From contig CAZNEW010000006.1 of the NCBI GenBank assembly GCA_964572515.1, positions 33,267 through 97,266 of the forward strand: a stretch of DNA of 64,000 nt, written 5' to 3'. Shown piece after piece: positions 22,108-32,183 of this stretch. Under the pieces are notes generated by a model. It ran no database searches. It saw only the letters and a program-made list of their open reading frames with translations, and was not told the origin of the DNA. The DNA is from an uncultured Candidatus Obscuribacterales bacterium (GTDB lineage Bacteria; Cyanobacteriota; Vampirovibrionia; Obscuribacterales; Obscuribacteraceae). Made by a program: the position numbers and the translations under genes. Every line of letters begins with the position of its first letter. Positions within the stretch are counted from its first letter, which is position 1.

Positions 22108-22698
22108 TTAGTATTTTTCGAGCTGGAAAGTCAGATGTGCTTTTACGCTTGGCCACTCACTTTCGATAATGCTGTAAACGCATTGATCTCTGTAAGTTCC
22201 GTTAGGCATAATACTATGATTACGCAGAATGCCATCGAGCTTGGCACCCAGACGCTCGATACCGCGCCGGCTTTGATGATTGAAGAAAGATGTTCTAAAC
22301 TCCACAGCGATGCAATCAAGCCTTTCGAAGGCGTGGGTTAAAAGCATCAGCTTGCTTTCGGTATTAATTGCGGTGCGCTGCGCCGAAGCCTGATACCAGG
22401 TTGAGCCAATTTCCAGTCGACGATTAGGGGCATCGATATTCATGTAAGTAGTCATTCCAACCGGCTTTTTGCTTTTTGCTGAAATCACCGCAAATGGTAT
22501 CATGACGCCTGAAGATTGAAGATTCAACCGACGTTCAATTTCTTGATGCATTTTGTCTGGCTCTGGAATAAATGTATACCAGAGCTTCCATAGCTCTCCA
22601 TCGCGAACAGCAGTTTGCAATCCAGATTCATGTTCGAATGAAAGTGGCTCGAGTGAAACGTGTTCGCCCTGCAGAATGATTGGATCAATCCATACCAC
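22108..22698 (-). CDS. GNAT-family N-acetyltransferase (RimJ/RimL-like)
   Basis: Acetyltransf_3-like pattern: LEIGSTWYQASAQRTAINTESKLMLLTHAFERLDCIAVEFRT...NHQSRRGIERLGAKLDGILRNH. Confidence 0.75.
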   Translation of the reverse strand: MVWIDPIILQGEHVSLEPLSFEHESGLQTAVRDGELWKLWYTFIPEPDKMHQEIERRLNLQSSGVMIPFAVISAKSKKPVGMTTYMNIDAPNRRLEIGSTWYQASAQRTAINTESKLMLLTHAFERLDCIAVEFRTSFFNHQSRRGIERLGAKLDGILRNHSIMPNGTYRDQCVYSIIESEWPSVKAHLTFQLEKY

Positions 22699-22709
22699 GA
22701 GATGGTCTC

Positions 22710-23183
22710 CTAGTTATTAGCCTTCATATCTTCTTGAAACTGGGCACAAAGTTCTTTTATGACGTCTTTAGCTTTGGAACGTTCACAAAGCGAACCAATC
22801 GCATAAGTATCTGCATCATAGCTTTGAGCACCATCACGGCTGAGCTGCGATTTTTGTTTGATTGCAAGACCTACCCAGGCTTGATTTTTATCGCGATTAT
22901 CAACAAAAACTTTTAGACGAGCTTCGTCTTTTCCGATATCCTTGCTGTCTTCCTTGACTAGCGGAGCCGATTTTGCAGGGACTTTCAATCCAGCAAGTCC
23001 GGCATCAACCACTTTCAGCAAGCTGCCATCTGGATCGTATGCAACACCATATTTAATTGACTTGATACCTTTCAAAGTCTTCAATTGCCAGTCTTTTGCA
23101 GGTTTTTCAATTTTCGCCTGTACGGCTAAAGGCATCGTAAAGCTTGAAACCATCAAAAGTGTCGCAACAATTTTCCGGCTCAT
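22710..23183 (-). CDS. secreted hypothetical protein
   Basis: Start chosen at MSRKIVATLLMVSSFTMPLAVQA (signal peptide). No recognised family. Confidence 0.55.
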   Translation of the reverse strand: MSRKIVATLLMVSSFTMPLAVQAKIEKPAKDWQLKTLKGIKSIKYGVAYDPDGSLLKVVDAGLAGLKVPAKSAPLVKEDSKDIGKDEARLKVFVDNRDKNQAWVGLAIKQKSQLSRDGAQSYDADTYAIGSLCERSKAKDVIKELCAQFQEDMKANN

Positions 23184-23275
23184 TTTTCCCCCAGGTCTAA
23201 AAAACAAATGCTACACGCATTTGGTGCAGAGAATTATATACACTTGACTGCCCTGATTTCTAAATGAAAATAGTC

Positions 23276-24637
23276 CTACTTTTCTATCTGTTGAAGCTTG
23301 GATTCCATTTCACCAAGTGTCGCGAAACGCTTTGCTATTAGCTGTTCTGTAGTATGACCTTTCTTTTTCAAAATGTGTTGGTGTATTCCTTCATCAGCTG
23401 CCCAATATGAAGTCAAAAGCAACGACACGCCCGACCCTACAAGCGGAGGGATGGTTGAAATAAAACCAAGCGTAGTAGCTTTCATCGGACTATTCTTGAA
23501 ACTATTTGCTGCCACCAAAGACATAACGTCTTGCGCAAGAAAGGTGCTAGAGATCAACGGACCGGAAATGTTCGACTGCAAAGCAACCTTTTGAAAACGC
23601 CTGTCTTCAATTGTAGTTTTGGCTATATAATCATCGTATTCACAGGACCAGAAATCAATTAGCGACAACCGTGCATGAATATTATCGAGTAACGGTTGTG
23701 ATAAAGCCGTCGATTTCTCGACCTTTGCTTTTAGACCTGCGATTTCGCTTTTTGCTATTTGTTCGGGATCATATAGTTTTTCTTTGAACTTAACGCCGAG
23801 TTTCTTGCGATGCAAATTGTACAGCTGATTGTATGACCACGAACTCAATGGTGCACTAACAATACCAAAGCCATCACCCACGATACCAACTTTTGCAGAA
23901 GGGTTAAACAAATGCGGCTTATCGAGGGCTCTCAAACTTATAAGATAACTTGCACCGTAAAGAGTTGCAGAAGCGATGTCCAACACATAATAAACATTGT
24001 TGCTAGCTTGATAAGATTTGGCATCAGCGTAAATATCTGCAAATTCGTTAAGACACCAATCACGAAAATACTTGAGGATACGCCCTTCTGCTTGAAGTAT
24101 TTCAATCCCTTCTTTGCTATCTAGTTGAGCTATTACCATGTTTCTTTGTTCTATTAGTAAGTCTATTTCGTTCAAACGCGAATGGACATTTTTAGCCGCG
24201 GTTTTGGGATCCATTTTTTTAATTTTGTGTTTGACCGTTGTAGAGATATTAGAAGCCAGCTCCAGAGCCGAGCTTCCACCCTGAAACACGACAGCCAAAA
24301 AACCAATTTTGGTGGTGCGTTCCGCAAGCGGTCTGGAAATTCTATCTGGTGTGGTGAGATTTCTTCCAAGGTCGCTGCAAGAGCCGATATAACTTCCCAG
24401 GATCAAACCAGCTGAAGCCTGCTGGAGCAAGAAATAGCGAAAGTATCTGTATTTAGGATCTTTGCTTGCAAACAATCGATATTTGTTATAGAAGCGCTCA
24501 AGATCAATTTCTTTCAAAAGTATTTGAGTTGTGTAATGTTCAATTTGTTCTTCCTTTTCCGAAAAGGCACTTGCCTGCGCAGGTAATGCGCAGAATCTTA
24601 TTGCTAAAAGCAAACAAAGAAACAAGGATTTGAACAC
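23276..24637 (-). CDS. secreted hypothetical protein (intact paralog of the split gene at 41297..42673)
   Basis: Signal peptide MFKSLFLCLLLAIRFCALPAQA. Collinear similarity to 41297..42673 (for example LLIEQRN vs KLFEQRN; AEGRILKYFRDWCLNEFADIYAD vs AEGNVLKDIRDLALIEFSKIYVD). Confidence 0.65.
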   Translation of the reverse strand: MFKSLFLCLLLAIRFCALPAQASAFSEKEEQIEHYTTQILLKEIDLERFYNKYRLFASKDPKYRYFRYFLLQQASAGLILGSYIGSCSDLGRNLTTPDRISRPLAERTTKIGFLAVVFQGGSSALELASNISTTVKHKIKKMDPKTAAKNVHSRLNEIDLLIEQRNMVIAQLDSKEGIEILQAEGRILKYFRDWCLNEFADIYADAKSYQASNNVYYVLDIASATLYGASYLISLRALDKPHLFNPSAKVGIVGDGFGIVSAPLSSWSYNQLYNLHRKKLGVKFKEKLYDPEQIAKSEIAGLKAKVEKSTALSQPLLDNIHARLSLIDFWSCEYDDYIAKTTIEDRRFQKVALQSNISGPLISSTFLAQDVMSLVAANSFKNSPMKATTLGFISTIPPLVGSGVSLLLTSYWAADEGIHQHILKKKGHTTEQLIAKRFATLGEMESKLQQIEK

Positions 24638-24761
24638 TTGATATCCCAGCTGAGATCTCCGCCTCCTATTCTAACGCGCAGGGACTTTGAGTTTGAATTA
24701 CGATCGCTATCAAAAGCCAAAATCCCAAAACACTGATTTTGCGGACTCAATCACCTCATTC

Positions 24762-24791
24762 AAAAACCATAACCGTTAACGGTTATGGTTT
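24762..24791. repeat. GTTAAC-centred palindromic repeat, copy e (perfect; arms CCATAACCG/CGGTTATGG)
   Basis: AAAAACCATAACCGTTAACGGTTATGGTTT, located between divergently transcribed genes, so it is not acting as their terminator. Confidence 0.85.
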
Positions 24792-24886
24792 CGAATAGAG
24801 GAGTGAAGAAACTGATTCAGAAAATTCATTATTGTTTGTGCTATTTGCTACCATACTGAAATAAAGATACGAACCTGAAAGTAGTT

Positions 24887-25309
24887 ATGCTCATCGTCAA
24901 TTCCAGAATTCAAATACCCTTGTCTGAATTCAACTTTGCATTCGCGCGAAGTGGGGGTCCTGGCGGACAAAACGTCAACAAGGTCAATAGCAAAGCAATC
25001 ATGCGCTGGGCAGTTGTAATTACACAGAGTTTGCCATATGACGTTAAAGCGAGATTTCTAGAAAAATTTGCCAATCGGCTCACCGCCGAAAATGAAATCA
25101 TCATCACCAGTCAAAAGTTTCGCGACCAAAACAAAAATGTTGATGATTGTCTGGAGAAACTTCGTGCCATGATTGTAAGCGTAGCCGAGCGCCCTACGCT
25201 TCGAAGACCAACCAAACCTACTTATTCATCAGTCAAAAAAAGAGTAGAAAAAAAGGTTGCTCTATCGCAAAAGAAGAAAGCGCGCAAAGCACCAGTTTTT
25301 GACGACTAG
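24887..25309 (+). CDS. arfB: alternative ribosome-rescue factor ArfB (peptidyl-tRNA hydrolase, RF-1 domain)
   Basis: GGQ motif in SGGPGGQNVNKVNSKA. About 140 aa with a basic C-terminal tail (KKRVEKKVALSQKKKARK). Confidence 0.85.
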   Translation: MLIVNSRIQIPLSEFNFAFARSGGPGGQNVNKVNSKAIMRWAVVITQSLPYDVKARFLEKFANRLTAENEIIITSQKFRDQNKNVDDCLEKLRAMIVSVAERPTLRRPTKPTYSSVKKRVEKKVALSQKKKARKAPVFDD

Positions 25310-25311
25310 TT

Positions 25312-26346
25312 CTACATCATCCCTGTTGGCGGAATATGCAGATTATCCATAGGACGCACATCATTGAGGTCTTCTCTGACGTCTTCAGGTCCTGAATCGT
25401 CTTGCGCCTCTTCAAGCTCGTCGTCCTCGCAGGTCTTAATTAGCTCTACAGCGCAATGTGCATGAGTAAGTACTGCCTGAGCGACACTTCCCAACAGCAA
25501 CATAGCCAAGCGAGTATGACCGTGAGAGCCTATTACAATTAAATCGGCTTTCCATTCATTTGCATATTGCACTATGGCTTCTCTGGGATCTCCATTGATA
25601 ATTTTGACGTGAATATGCTTGAGTTCACTTATTTTTTCTAAATACTCAGCAAGCTCGGTCAAACTTTTCTGTAAATGCGTTCGTCTTTCTTGCCACTGAA
25701 ACATGATGTCTGTAGCTTTTTGAGGATCAGCTTCTTTTTCATATTTATTTTTTACGGCTTCAATTACAGCTAGCAGTGAAACTTCGGTTTCTTCATGCCA
25801 GTGTAAATTTGCTATCCATTTTAAGGCAGCAATAGAACTATGAGATCCATCGCAAGGAACCAGCAAGCGCGTCATCCGAGGCGAGATTTCATGCGGCTCA
25901 TCATGTAGCGGATGCTTTGCGATCATGACCGGGCATCTTGCATGCGATGATACCGCATGTGATACACCACCAAGTAGTCTGCGCTTGAGCGATTTTCGGT
26001 CGTGCGAACCCAAAATAATCAAATCGGCTTTCCAATCTTCAGCTTCCTGCAAAATCATTTCCGCGGGATCGCCTTCAAGCAACTCGAAGGTCACTTCACA
26101 CTGAGGCAATTCTTTTTGCAAATCAGTTGCATACCCGCCGCACGAAAGTCCATATTGATACAAGAACTGTTCGCGCTCGATGCTTTGTCCAAACTTACCA
26201 AACATAGCAAATAGAGAGTCATGCGCCTTCACCACGGCGATAACTTTTATCTTGGTGCCGGCTTCCCATCTGCGCGAAATCAAATATGTGGAAGCAGCAG
26301 TAGAAGTAACCGTATTTAATCCGTCTATTGGAAATAGAATTTTCAT
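25312..26346 (-). CDS. universal stress protein, tandem Usp domains
   Basis: Two Usp-type repeats, each ending in the G-x2-G-x9-G(S) pattern (LGSHDRKSLKRRLLGGVSHAV; IGSHGHTRLAMLLLGSVAQAV). Confidence 0.8.
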   Translation of the reverse strand: MKILFPIDGLNTVTSTAASTYLISRRWEAGTKIKVIAVVKAHDSLFAMFGKFGQSIEREQFLYQYGLSCGGYATDLQKELPQCEVTFELLEGDPAEMILQEAEDWKADLIILGSHDRKSLKRRLLGGVSHAVSSHARCPVMIAKHPLHDEPHEISPRMTRLLVPCDGSHSSIAALKWIANLHWHEETEVSLLAVIEAVKNKYEKEADPQKATDIMFQWQERRTHLQKSLTELAEYLEKISELKHIHVKIINGDPREAIVQYANEWKADLIVIGSHGHTRLAMLLLGSVAQAVLTHAHCAVELIKTCEDDELEEAQDDSGPEDVREDLNDVRPMDNLHIPPTGMM

Positions 26347-26445
26347 GAAATTGAACTCTCTAAGAGCCCAGATTATACCTCTGGGCGATTATTTGACATA
26401 GTCAAGCATGATTGAATAGACTGTAAATGGATAATTTCCTTACAT

Positions 26446-26517
26446 TGGGGTGTCGCCAAGCGGTAAGGCATCTGATTCTGGTTCAGACATTCTGAGGTTC
26501 GAATCCTTGCACCCCAG
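26446..26517 (+). tRNA. tRNA-Gln(CUG): tRNA-Gln (anticodon CTG)
   Basis: Close to E. coli tRNA-Gln2: TGGGGTGTCGCCAAGCGGTAAGGCA, anticodon stem TCTGA/TCAGA with loop TTCTGGT, T-loop GGTTCGAATCC, 3' CACCCCAG. Confidence 0.9.
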
Positions 26518-26678
26518 TTCATGCGTAAAATAAATAATGACTAACAGTGACGAAGATTTGAAACTTCAGAACGAGCCAGTCCTTATGGAGGGACGTTCAA
26601 ACCAGTCAGTGAAAAAGAAAGCGGATCTATTTTGCAAAAAACCAGGAAACTTTCTCAGAAGAAAAAATGGGTTTGAAC

Positions 26679-27707
26679 TTATGCAGTAGGATTGAACTTA
26701 CGTTTCAATCGTTCAAAAAACTGATCGGCTGTAGGTGGCTCAGCCCCTCTAATTGGAACATCGGCTGGACTACCTTCGAATTGCCGCGTCGTCGTTGAAT
26801 ATTTCGGTACTCCATCTTTGCCGAGCACCATCGTCGACCAGGTGCCATTTTCATTTTGTAGAGACATTTGAAAATTGCCATTTTTAAAACCCATAATTAC
26901 ATCATCTTTGGCGTAATTACTCATAGCATCTGTTAGAGAACTCATCAAATCCTTACTGAAACTGCTATTGGGATCATCCGCTATTTGTTTCATCAGGCTG
27001 CTCAACTGATTGAAGTCACCATTTTTGATACCATCCATTACAGCATTTACTTTGTTTTCAATGCGTTGAGTGCGAGCAAAATTAATTAGGTTACGCCACT
27101 CTTCATTTTCTGCACCGCTTTCATCTTGCGCGGCGCGCTCCATTTCATCTTCGGTCATATTGCTCAAGGCGCGAATATTTCCGAATATCTTGTTCAACTC
27201 CCTTCGTTCGCTGGGCGATAAGTCACTAATATTTCCTGACTCCAATGTTTTTCGCAAAAGCTCTTGATCTTTGGAGCTCAACTTTTCTCCAAAAGTATCG
27301 CTAAATTGTTGAAGCTGATCACGACCAGTTTGAGACAACGCTCCCGTCTCATCGATATATCCATTATCCGCCATCTCGTCACCAGGAGTGGTGTGACCAT
27401 AGTCTTCTTTGAAGACATCTCCTCCACGAACCTGCTGCACCAAGCCAGGTGCAAAGTCGGAAAAATTCGGAAAGTTATTCATCACGCCTGCGACTTGAAA
27501 AGCTTTCTGGTCATTAAGACCGCGCAAAATGCCCAGCGATTCGCGAGGATTATCCATCAACGTACTAGCTAGAGGAGCCGGCTTATCACCACCCGGCGAT
27601 TCGGTAGATTCGAATCCCTGCGCTTCTTGGTTCGTTTCATCAACCGAACCTCCAGCAGGCGTTAGAGCCATAAATTTTTCCCAGGAGAGCTTAGTAAGTT
27701 TGAGCAA
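26679..27707 (-). CDS. hypothetical acidic protein
   Basis: 342-aa ORF with no signal peptide and no recognised motif. Start uncertain. Confidence 0.5.
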   Translation of the reverse strand: MLKLTKLSWEKFMALTPAGGSVDETNQEAQGFESTESPGGDKPAPLASTLMDNPRESLGILRGLNDQKAFQVAGVMNNFPNFSDFAPGLVQQVRGGDVFKEDYGHTTPGDEMADNGYIDETGALSQTGRDQLQQFSDTFGEKLSSKDQELLRKTLESGNISDLSPSERRELNKIFGNIRALSNMTEDEMERAAQDESGAENEEWRNLINFARTQRIENKVNAVMDGIKNGDFNQLSSLMKQIADDPNSSFSKDLMSSLTDAMSNYAKDDVIMGFKNGNFQMSLQNENGTWSTMVLGKDGVPKYSTTTRQFEGSPADVPIRGAEPPTADQFFERLKRKFNPTA

Positions 27708-27804
27708 GATCCTTAAAGATCAGATCTTGATCTTACTATCAGGCTCCGCAGCTGTCAAGAGAGCAAAACTCCATTCAGTTGGTCAATTCGAACTTCAAAG
27801 CACC

Positions 27805-29526
27805 TTACTTTTTCTGAGCTTTAGCCCAGGAATCTTTCAATGTCACGATGCGGTTGAAAACCAGCGAGTCTGGCTTGCTGTCTTTCTCATCGGCTATGAA
27901 ATATCCCTGACGCTCAAATTGAAAACGATCACCAGGCTTGCATTCACCAAGACTGCGCTCTAGCTTGCAGCCGGTCAAGACTTGCAGAGCATTTGGATTT
28001 ATGGCATCCAGAAAATCGCTGTCTTTGCCCGTAGGTGGAGCTTCGTCGATTAAGAGCCTGTCGTACAAACGAACCTCGGCACTGACATTGTCTGTAGCGC
28101 TAACCCAGTGAATAGTACCTTTGACTTTACGACCGACCGGGTTCTCACCAGGCTTAACTTCTTCGTCGTAACGAGCGCGGATTTCAGTGACATTTCCGCT
28201 TGCATCCTTGATTACATCAGTGCAGGTAATCAAATACGCATAGCGCAGACGAACCTCTTTTCCTTGTGCCAGGCGGAAATAATCTTTTGGCGGCTCCAGC
28301 ATGAAGTCATCTTGCTCGATATAAATCTCGCGAGTAAAAGGAACTTTACGAGTACCTTCTTTTGGAACATCGTGCGGCCAGTAAGACGCTTCGAGTTCTT
28401 CGATTTTTCCATCAGGATAGTTTTCTATCACTACTTTGAGTGGCTTCAACACTGCCATTACACGTGGTGCCTTTTGATTGAGGTCATCGCGAATGAAGAA
28501 ATCCAGCTGATTCATATCAACAGTGCTATTTGCTTTTGCAATTCCTACGCTGGCGCAGAAGTTGCGAATAGCTTCAGGCGTGATACCACGTCTGCGCATA
28601 CCCGCAATGGTGGGAAGGCGCGGATCATCCCATCCACAAACATGTTTGCCTTCTACAAGCTCTAGCAAACGACGTTTACTCATTACGGTGTAATTCAAAT
28701 TCAATCGAGCGAATTCGTATTGATGAGGGCGCGAAGGGAATTTAGCGTAATCCATAAGATTGTCTATTACCCAGTCGTACAACTCACGGTTGTTTTCGAA
28801 CTCAAGGGTGCAGATACTATGCGTGATACCTTCAAGCGCGTCAGAAATTGGATGCGCATAGTCATACATGGGGTATATGCACCACTTATCTCCGGTCATG
28901 TGATGCTTGGTATGACGAATGCGGTAAAGCATCGGGTCGCGCATTTTCATGTTTGGATTTGCCATATCAATTTTGGCGCGGAGCACATGTTCGCTATCCT
29001 TGAACTCGCCTTTGCGCATACGCGAAAACAAATCGAGATTCTCTTCAACACTGCGATCGCGATATGGACTATGTTTACCTGGCGTTTTCACATCGCCACG
29101 AAAATCTTTAATTTCAGCATCGGTCTGCGAGCAAACATAAGCTTTGCCAGATTTGATCAGGTGCTCGCCGTACTCATACATTTTTTCGAAATAATCGCTT
29201 GCGTGGTAAAAACCATCCCACTCAAATCCCAACCAACGCACATCGGCTTGAATGCCTTCTTCGAACAAAGTGTCCTCTTTGACCGGATCCGTATCGTCAA
29301 AGCGCAGATGGCATCGAGTCCCGCTATTGGGCAACTTCTCGCGATATTCAAGCGCCAGTCCAAAGTTCAAACAAATAGACTTAGCATGTCCAATGTGTAA
29401 AAAGCCGTTAGGCTCTGGGGGAAAACGAGTAATCACCTTCTGATGACGCTTCGCCTCTAAGTCATCGTTTATGATGTCACGAATAAAATCTGATGGTTTA
29501 ACCGGCACCGGTGCGGTCGAGCTCAT
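27805..29526 (-). CDS. glnS: glutamine--tRNA ligase
   Basis: Class I signatures FPPEPNGFLHIGHAKS (HIGH) and VMSKRRL (KMSKS). Size and overall pattern of GlnRS (TRFPPEPNG, YDYAHPISD). Confidence 0.92.
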   Translation of the reverse strand: MSSTAPVPVKPSDFIRDIINDDLEAKRHQKVITRFPPEPNGFLHIGHAKSICLNFGLALEYREKLPNSGTRCHLRFDDTDPVKEDTLFEEGIQADVRWLGFEWDGFYHASDYFEKMYEYGEHLIKSGKAYVCSQTDAEIKDFRGDVKTPGKHSPYRDRSVEENLDLFSRMRKGEFKDSEHVLRAKIDMANPNMKMRDPMLYRIRHTKHHMTGDKWCIYPMYDYAHPISDALEGITHSICTLEFENNRELYDWVIDNLMDYAKFPSRPHQYEFARLNLNYTVMSKRRLLELVEGKHVCGWDDPRLPTIAGMRRRGITPEAIRNFCASVGIAKANSTVDMNQLDFFIRDDLNQKAPRVMAVLKPLKVVIENYPDGKIEELEASYWPHDVPKEGTRKVPFTREIYIEQDDFMLEPPKDYFRLAQGKEVRLRYAYLITCTDVIKDASGNVTEIRARYDEEVKPGENPVGRKVKGTIHWVSATDNVSAEVRLYDRLLIDEAPPTGKDSDFLDAINPNALQVLTGCKLERSLGECKPGDRFQFERQGYFIADEKDSKPDSLVFNRIVTLKDSWAKAQKK

Positions 29527-29784
29527 TTTCCACTCCTGATTTTGACCGACACTTTGCAGCCGGCGCTAAATTGGTACGAACTACAAATTTTACTGTACTT
29601 TCCGCCGCAAAGACCCAGGCGTGAAGAAAAACGATACTCTTGGCAATACTCTTAGCCAAAATCAAGATATGTGTACGCTGCCCAAGAGGCGTTATCGCCG
29701 ACAAGGACAAAGCGCCAAAAGGACCAAATATTATGGAACTGGTAAGATAGAGCACGAAACATTAGGTTTTCAATATTCAATCAA

Positions 29785-30966
29785 ATGACCGAGCGACCAA
29801 CAGTATCAGTAGTTTTGCCCTGCTTGAATGAAGCGGGTGCACTTGGTCTATGCATAGACAAAATCCGCGACACGTTCGAAAAGAATAATATCGATGGTGA
29901 GATTGTCATTTCGGACAATGGCTCCACAGATGGTTCTATAGAAATTGCACAAAGCAAAAATGTTAATTTGTGCCACCAACCTAAGCGCGGTTATGGCAAC
30001 GCTTACTTGAAAGGATTTTCCGAAGCTAACGGAAAATATTTCATCATGGCAGATGCTGATGATACCTACGATTTCGCCTTGATACCACAGTTCTTGCAAA
30101 AATTGATTGACGAAAAATACGACTTCGTCACAGGCAGCCGCTATCTCACAGGTGGTATGGGACAAATTCCATTCTTGCATCGCGTGTTTGGCAATCCGCT
30201 TTTAACCTGGATTTTAAATACGCTTTTCGGAACGAAATATACTGACGTGTATTGCGGGTATCGAGGCTTCAGCCGCGAAGCATACGAGATAATCGAACCC
30301 GTTAGTCAGGGAATGGAATTCAATCTCGAGTTAGCTATAAATGCGGGCTTAGCAAAATTGAAAGTTGCAGAAATACCGATTGTTCTTGGTGAGCGAATCG
30401 GTGACTCCAAGTTGAATACTTTCAAAGACGGCTGGCGCAGTTTGCGCATGATGCTATTGTATTCGCCCAACCAGCTCTTTTTAATTCCTGGTATGACACT
30501 GCTCATGCTCGGAATGATTACGCATTTGCTTTCACTAAGCGGCATTCTTAAGATTGAAGATTCTTTTACAAACACTCTTGTTTGTCTGTGCGCCACTATC
30601 AGTAGTGTCGTTGGTGTACAGGTTTTAAGTTTGTGGCTGCATGCAAAAACTTATTCATGGCGGCGTCGATTTGATGGTGAAAATAATTTTCTAACTGGCT
30701 TTTATAACTTGTTTACGCTTGAGACCGGGCTTGGAGCAGGAATATTGATGACCCTGTTTGGTCTTGCAGTAGTTTTTGCTTCAGCGTTTTTTCAAGCTAA
30801 AGGACAAGCACATTTTGTCAATTCGGTTCAATGGATCACCTTTGCAGCAACATTAATCATCAGTGGAATTTCTTCATGCTTCACGGCGTTATTCATAAGC
30901 GCAATGTCGATGACTATGCCATTTGAATCTCGAACTGTATCTGTTAAACGGTCGAATCAGGAATGA
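29785..30966 (+). CDS. family 2 glycosyltransferase (polyprenol-phosphate sugar synthase-like) with C-terminal TM helices
   Basis: VSVVLPCLNE...ISDNGSTDGS...ADADDTYD GT-A motifs. Hydrophobic C-terminal third. ATGA overlap with the next gene. Confidence 0.8.
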   Translation: MTERPTVSVVLPCLNEAGALGLCIDKIRDTFEKNNIDGEIVISDNGSTDGSIEIAQSKNVNLCHQPKRGYGNAYLKGFSEANGKYFIMADADDTYDFALIPQFLQKLIDEKYDFVTGSRYLTGGMGQIPFLHRVFGNPLLTWILNTLFGTKYTDVYCGYRGFSREAYEIIEPVSQGMEFNLELAINAGLAKLKVAEIPIVLGERIGDSKLNTFKDGWRSLRMMLLYSPNQLFLIPGMTLLMLGMITHLLSLSGILKIEDSFTNTLVCLCATISSVVGVQVLSLWLHAKTYSWRRRFDGENNFLTGFYNLFTLETGLGAGILMTLFGLAVVFASAFFQAKGQAHFVNSVQWITFAATLIISGISSCFTALFISAMSMTMPFESRTVSVKRSNQE

Positions 30967-32183
30967 CCCCGAGCTTATTCATTGTCAGAGTGTTTTTTCC
31001 CTGTCTCTTCGCTTTGACATCTATTGGTATCATGTCATTCATAATGGTGGCAAGCGCTCCAACTGCACTTAAGGTTTCTGACGGTCCACAGTACTACGGA
31101 ATCTCAAAAATGCTTGCAGACGGCAAAGGCTCTCGCGTTTATGCACAGCCCGACTATTCTGATGTTACGGCTGAATGTTTTCCCGAACTCAAAGGTCGAA
31201 AGCGCGAAACTTTTCTTGCACCATTTTCTCTGCCCTGGCTATGGCCGCTTCAGCTTGTGCCCGCCAATATATTTATTGCTACCTGGACTTTGTTTCTTGG
31301 ATCGACCCTATTTGTCAGCCTATTAATGCTAGCGCAAACATTCAATCTAAGAATAGGTCAAACGGCGTGGTTCTGTGCTTTTCTCTATCTATCAGGGTCT
31401 GCTTATGAATCGCTTCGGATAGGACAGTTGGCACCACTTTTGATACTATCTTTTTCAAGTGCATTGTTTTTCGCAAAAAAAGAAAATTGGTGGCTTGTCG
31501 GCATAGCCCTTAGCTTGCTTATTCTAAAGCCTCAAGAGCTTTTACCCATAGCAGTAGCACTGCTTGCTGGTGGTAGGTGGAAATGGATTCCAGCCTTTGT
31601 CATTTGCGGACTGGTTTTGCTTGGACTCTCTTATTTAATGATTGGTCCTGAAGGCTATGCAGGTTATTCTGAGATCATGCGAGATATCTACAATAACAAT
31701 AACTCGCTGCATACTGAACTTGCACCAACCATCAGAGGTCAACTCTTATTATTATTCCCGCAATTCGTTAGTCCAATAACCACTATTACTTCGCTCATCA
31801 ACCTCGCGGGCATTGCATTGATAGCACTCTGGAGCCGCAAGCTAAAAGATTCTCCAAAATGGATGGAATATACATTTTTTGCAGCACTGCCATTTGCATG
31901 TGTCACTGCTCTTTATTGGCATTCTTATGATTTGCTTTTACTCATGCCTGTTTTTGCTATCGCGATGAAAGACAGCCTGCATAAAGAGATTCCAGCATGG
32001 TCATATTTAATCTTGATTCCTTTAGCTGCGATTTTCTTTCTGCCATCCTACATTTTTGTGCATTACAACTATCTGTTAGAAGGTGGCAAAATCAATCCAT
32101 TCTTCTTAGCTATGCTCCTTTTCTCTGCGATTTGTATCTATATCTCAGTCAGAAAAAAAGAAGTCGGTATAATCAAAACATGA
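30963..32183 (+). CDS. polytopic membrane protein, GT-C-type glycosyltransferase-like (GT87/DUF2029-like, tentative)
   Basis: About 10 hydrophobic helices. Translationally coupled to the GT2 gene (ATGA) and to the next gene (ATGA). Confidence 0.5.
   Translation: MTPSLFIVRVFFPCLFALTSIGIMSFIMVASAPTALKVSDGPQYYGISKMLADGKGSRVYAQPDYSDVTAECFPELKGRKRETFLAPFSLPWLWPLQLVPANIFIATWTLFLGSTLFVSLLMLAQTFNLRIGQTAWFCAFLYLSGSAYESLRIGQLAPLLILSFSSALFFAKKENWWLVGIALSLLILKPQELLPIAVALLAGGRWKWIPAFVICGLVLLGLSYLMIGPEGYAGYSEIMRDIYNNNNSLHTELAPTIRGQLLLLFPQFVSPITTITSLINLAGIALIALWSRKLKDSPKWMEYTFFAALPFACVTALYWHSYDLLLLMPVFAIAMKDSLHKEIPAWSYLILIPLAAIFFLPSYIFVHYNYLLEGGKINPFFLAMLLFSAICIYISVRKKEVGIIKT

Noticed and set aside
24741-24761. 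GCGGACTCAATCACCTCATTC resembles the 16S 3' end (GCGGCTGGATCACCTCCTT), suggesting a 16S remnant.
   Set aside because: The similarity is limited to about 10 nt of anti-SD-like sequence and nothing 16S-like lies upstream. It is probably coincidence.
26446-27707. tRNA-Gln as an integration site of a genomic island.
   Set aside because: There is no integrase, no direct repeat of the tRNA 3' end noticed downstream, and no mobile genes nearby.
28108-29400. Long plus-strand ORFs (185 and 226 aa) and other antisense ORFs opposite glnS. Similar shadow ORFs occur opposite other long genes.
   Set aside because: They are antisense shadows of a well-supported conserved CDS, with low-complexity composition and no motifs.
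31997-32179. N-terminal extension of the ORF 31997..32869.
   Set aside because: It overlaps the preceding membrane-protein CDS in another frame. A signal-peptide start at 32180 with ATGA coupling is far more plausible.
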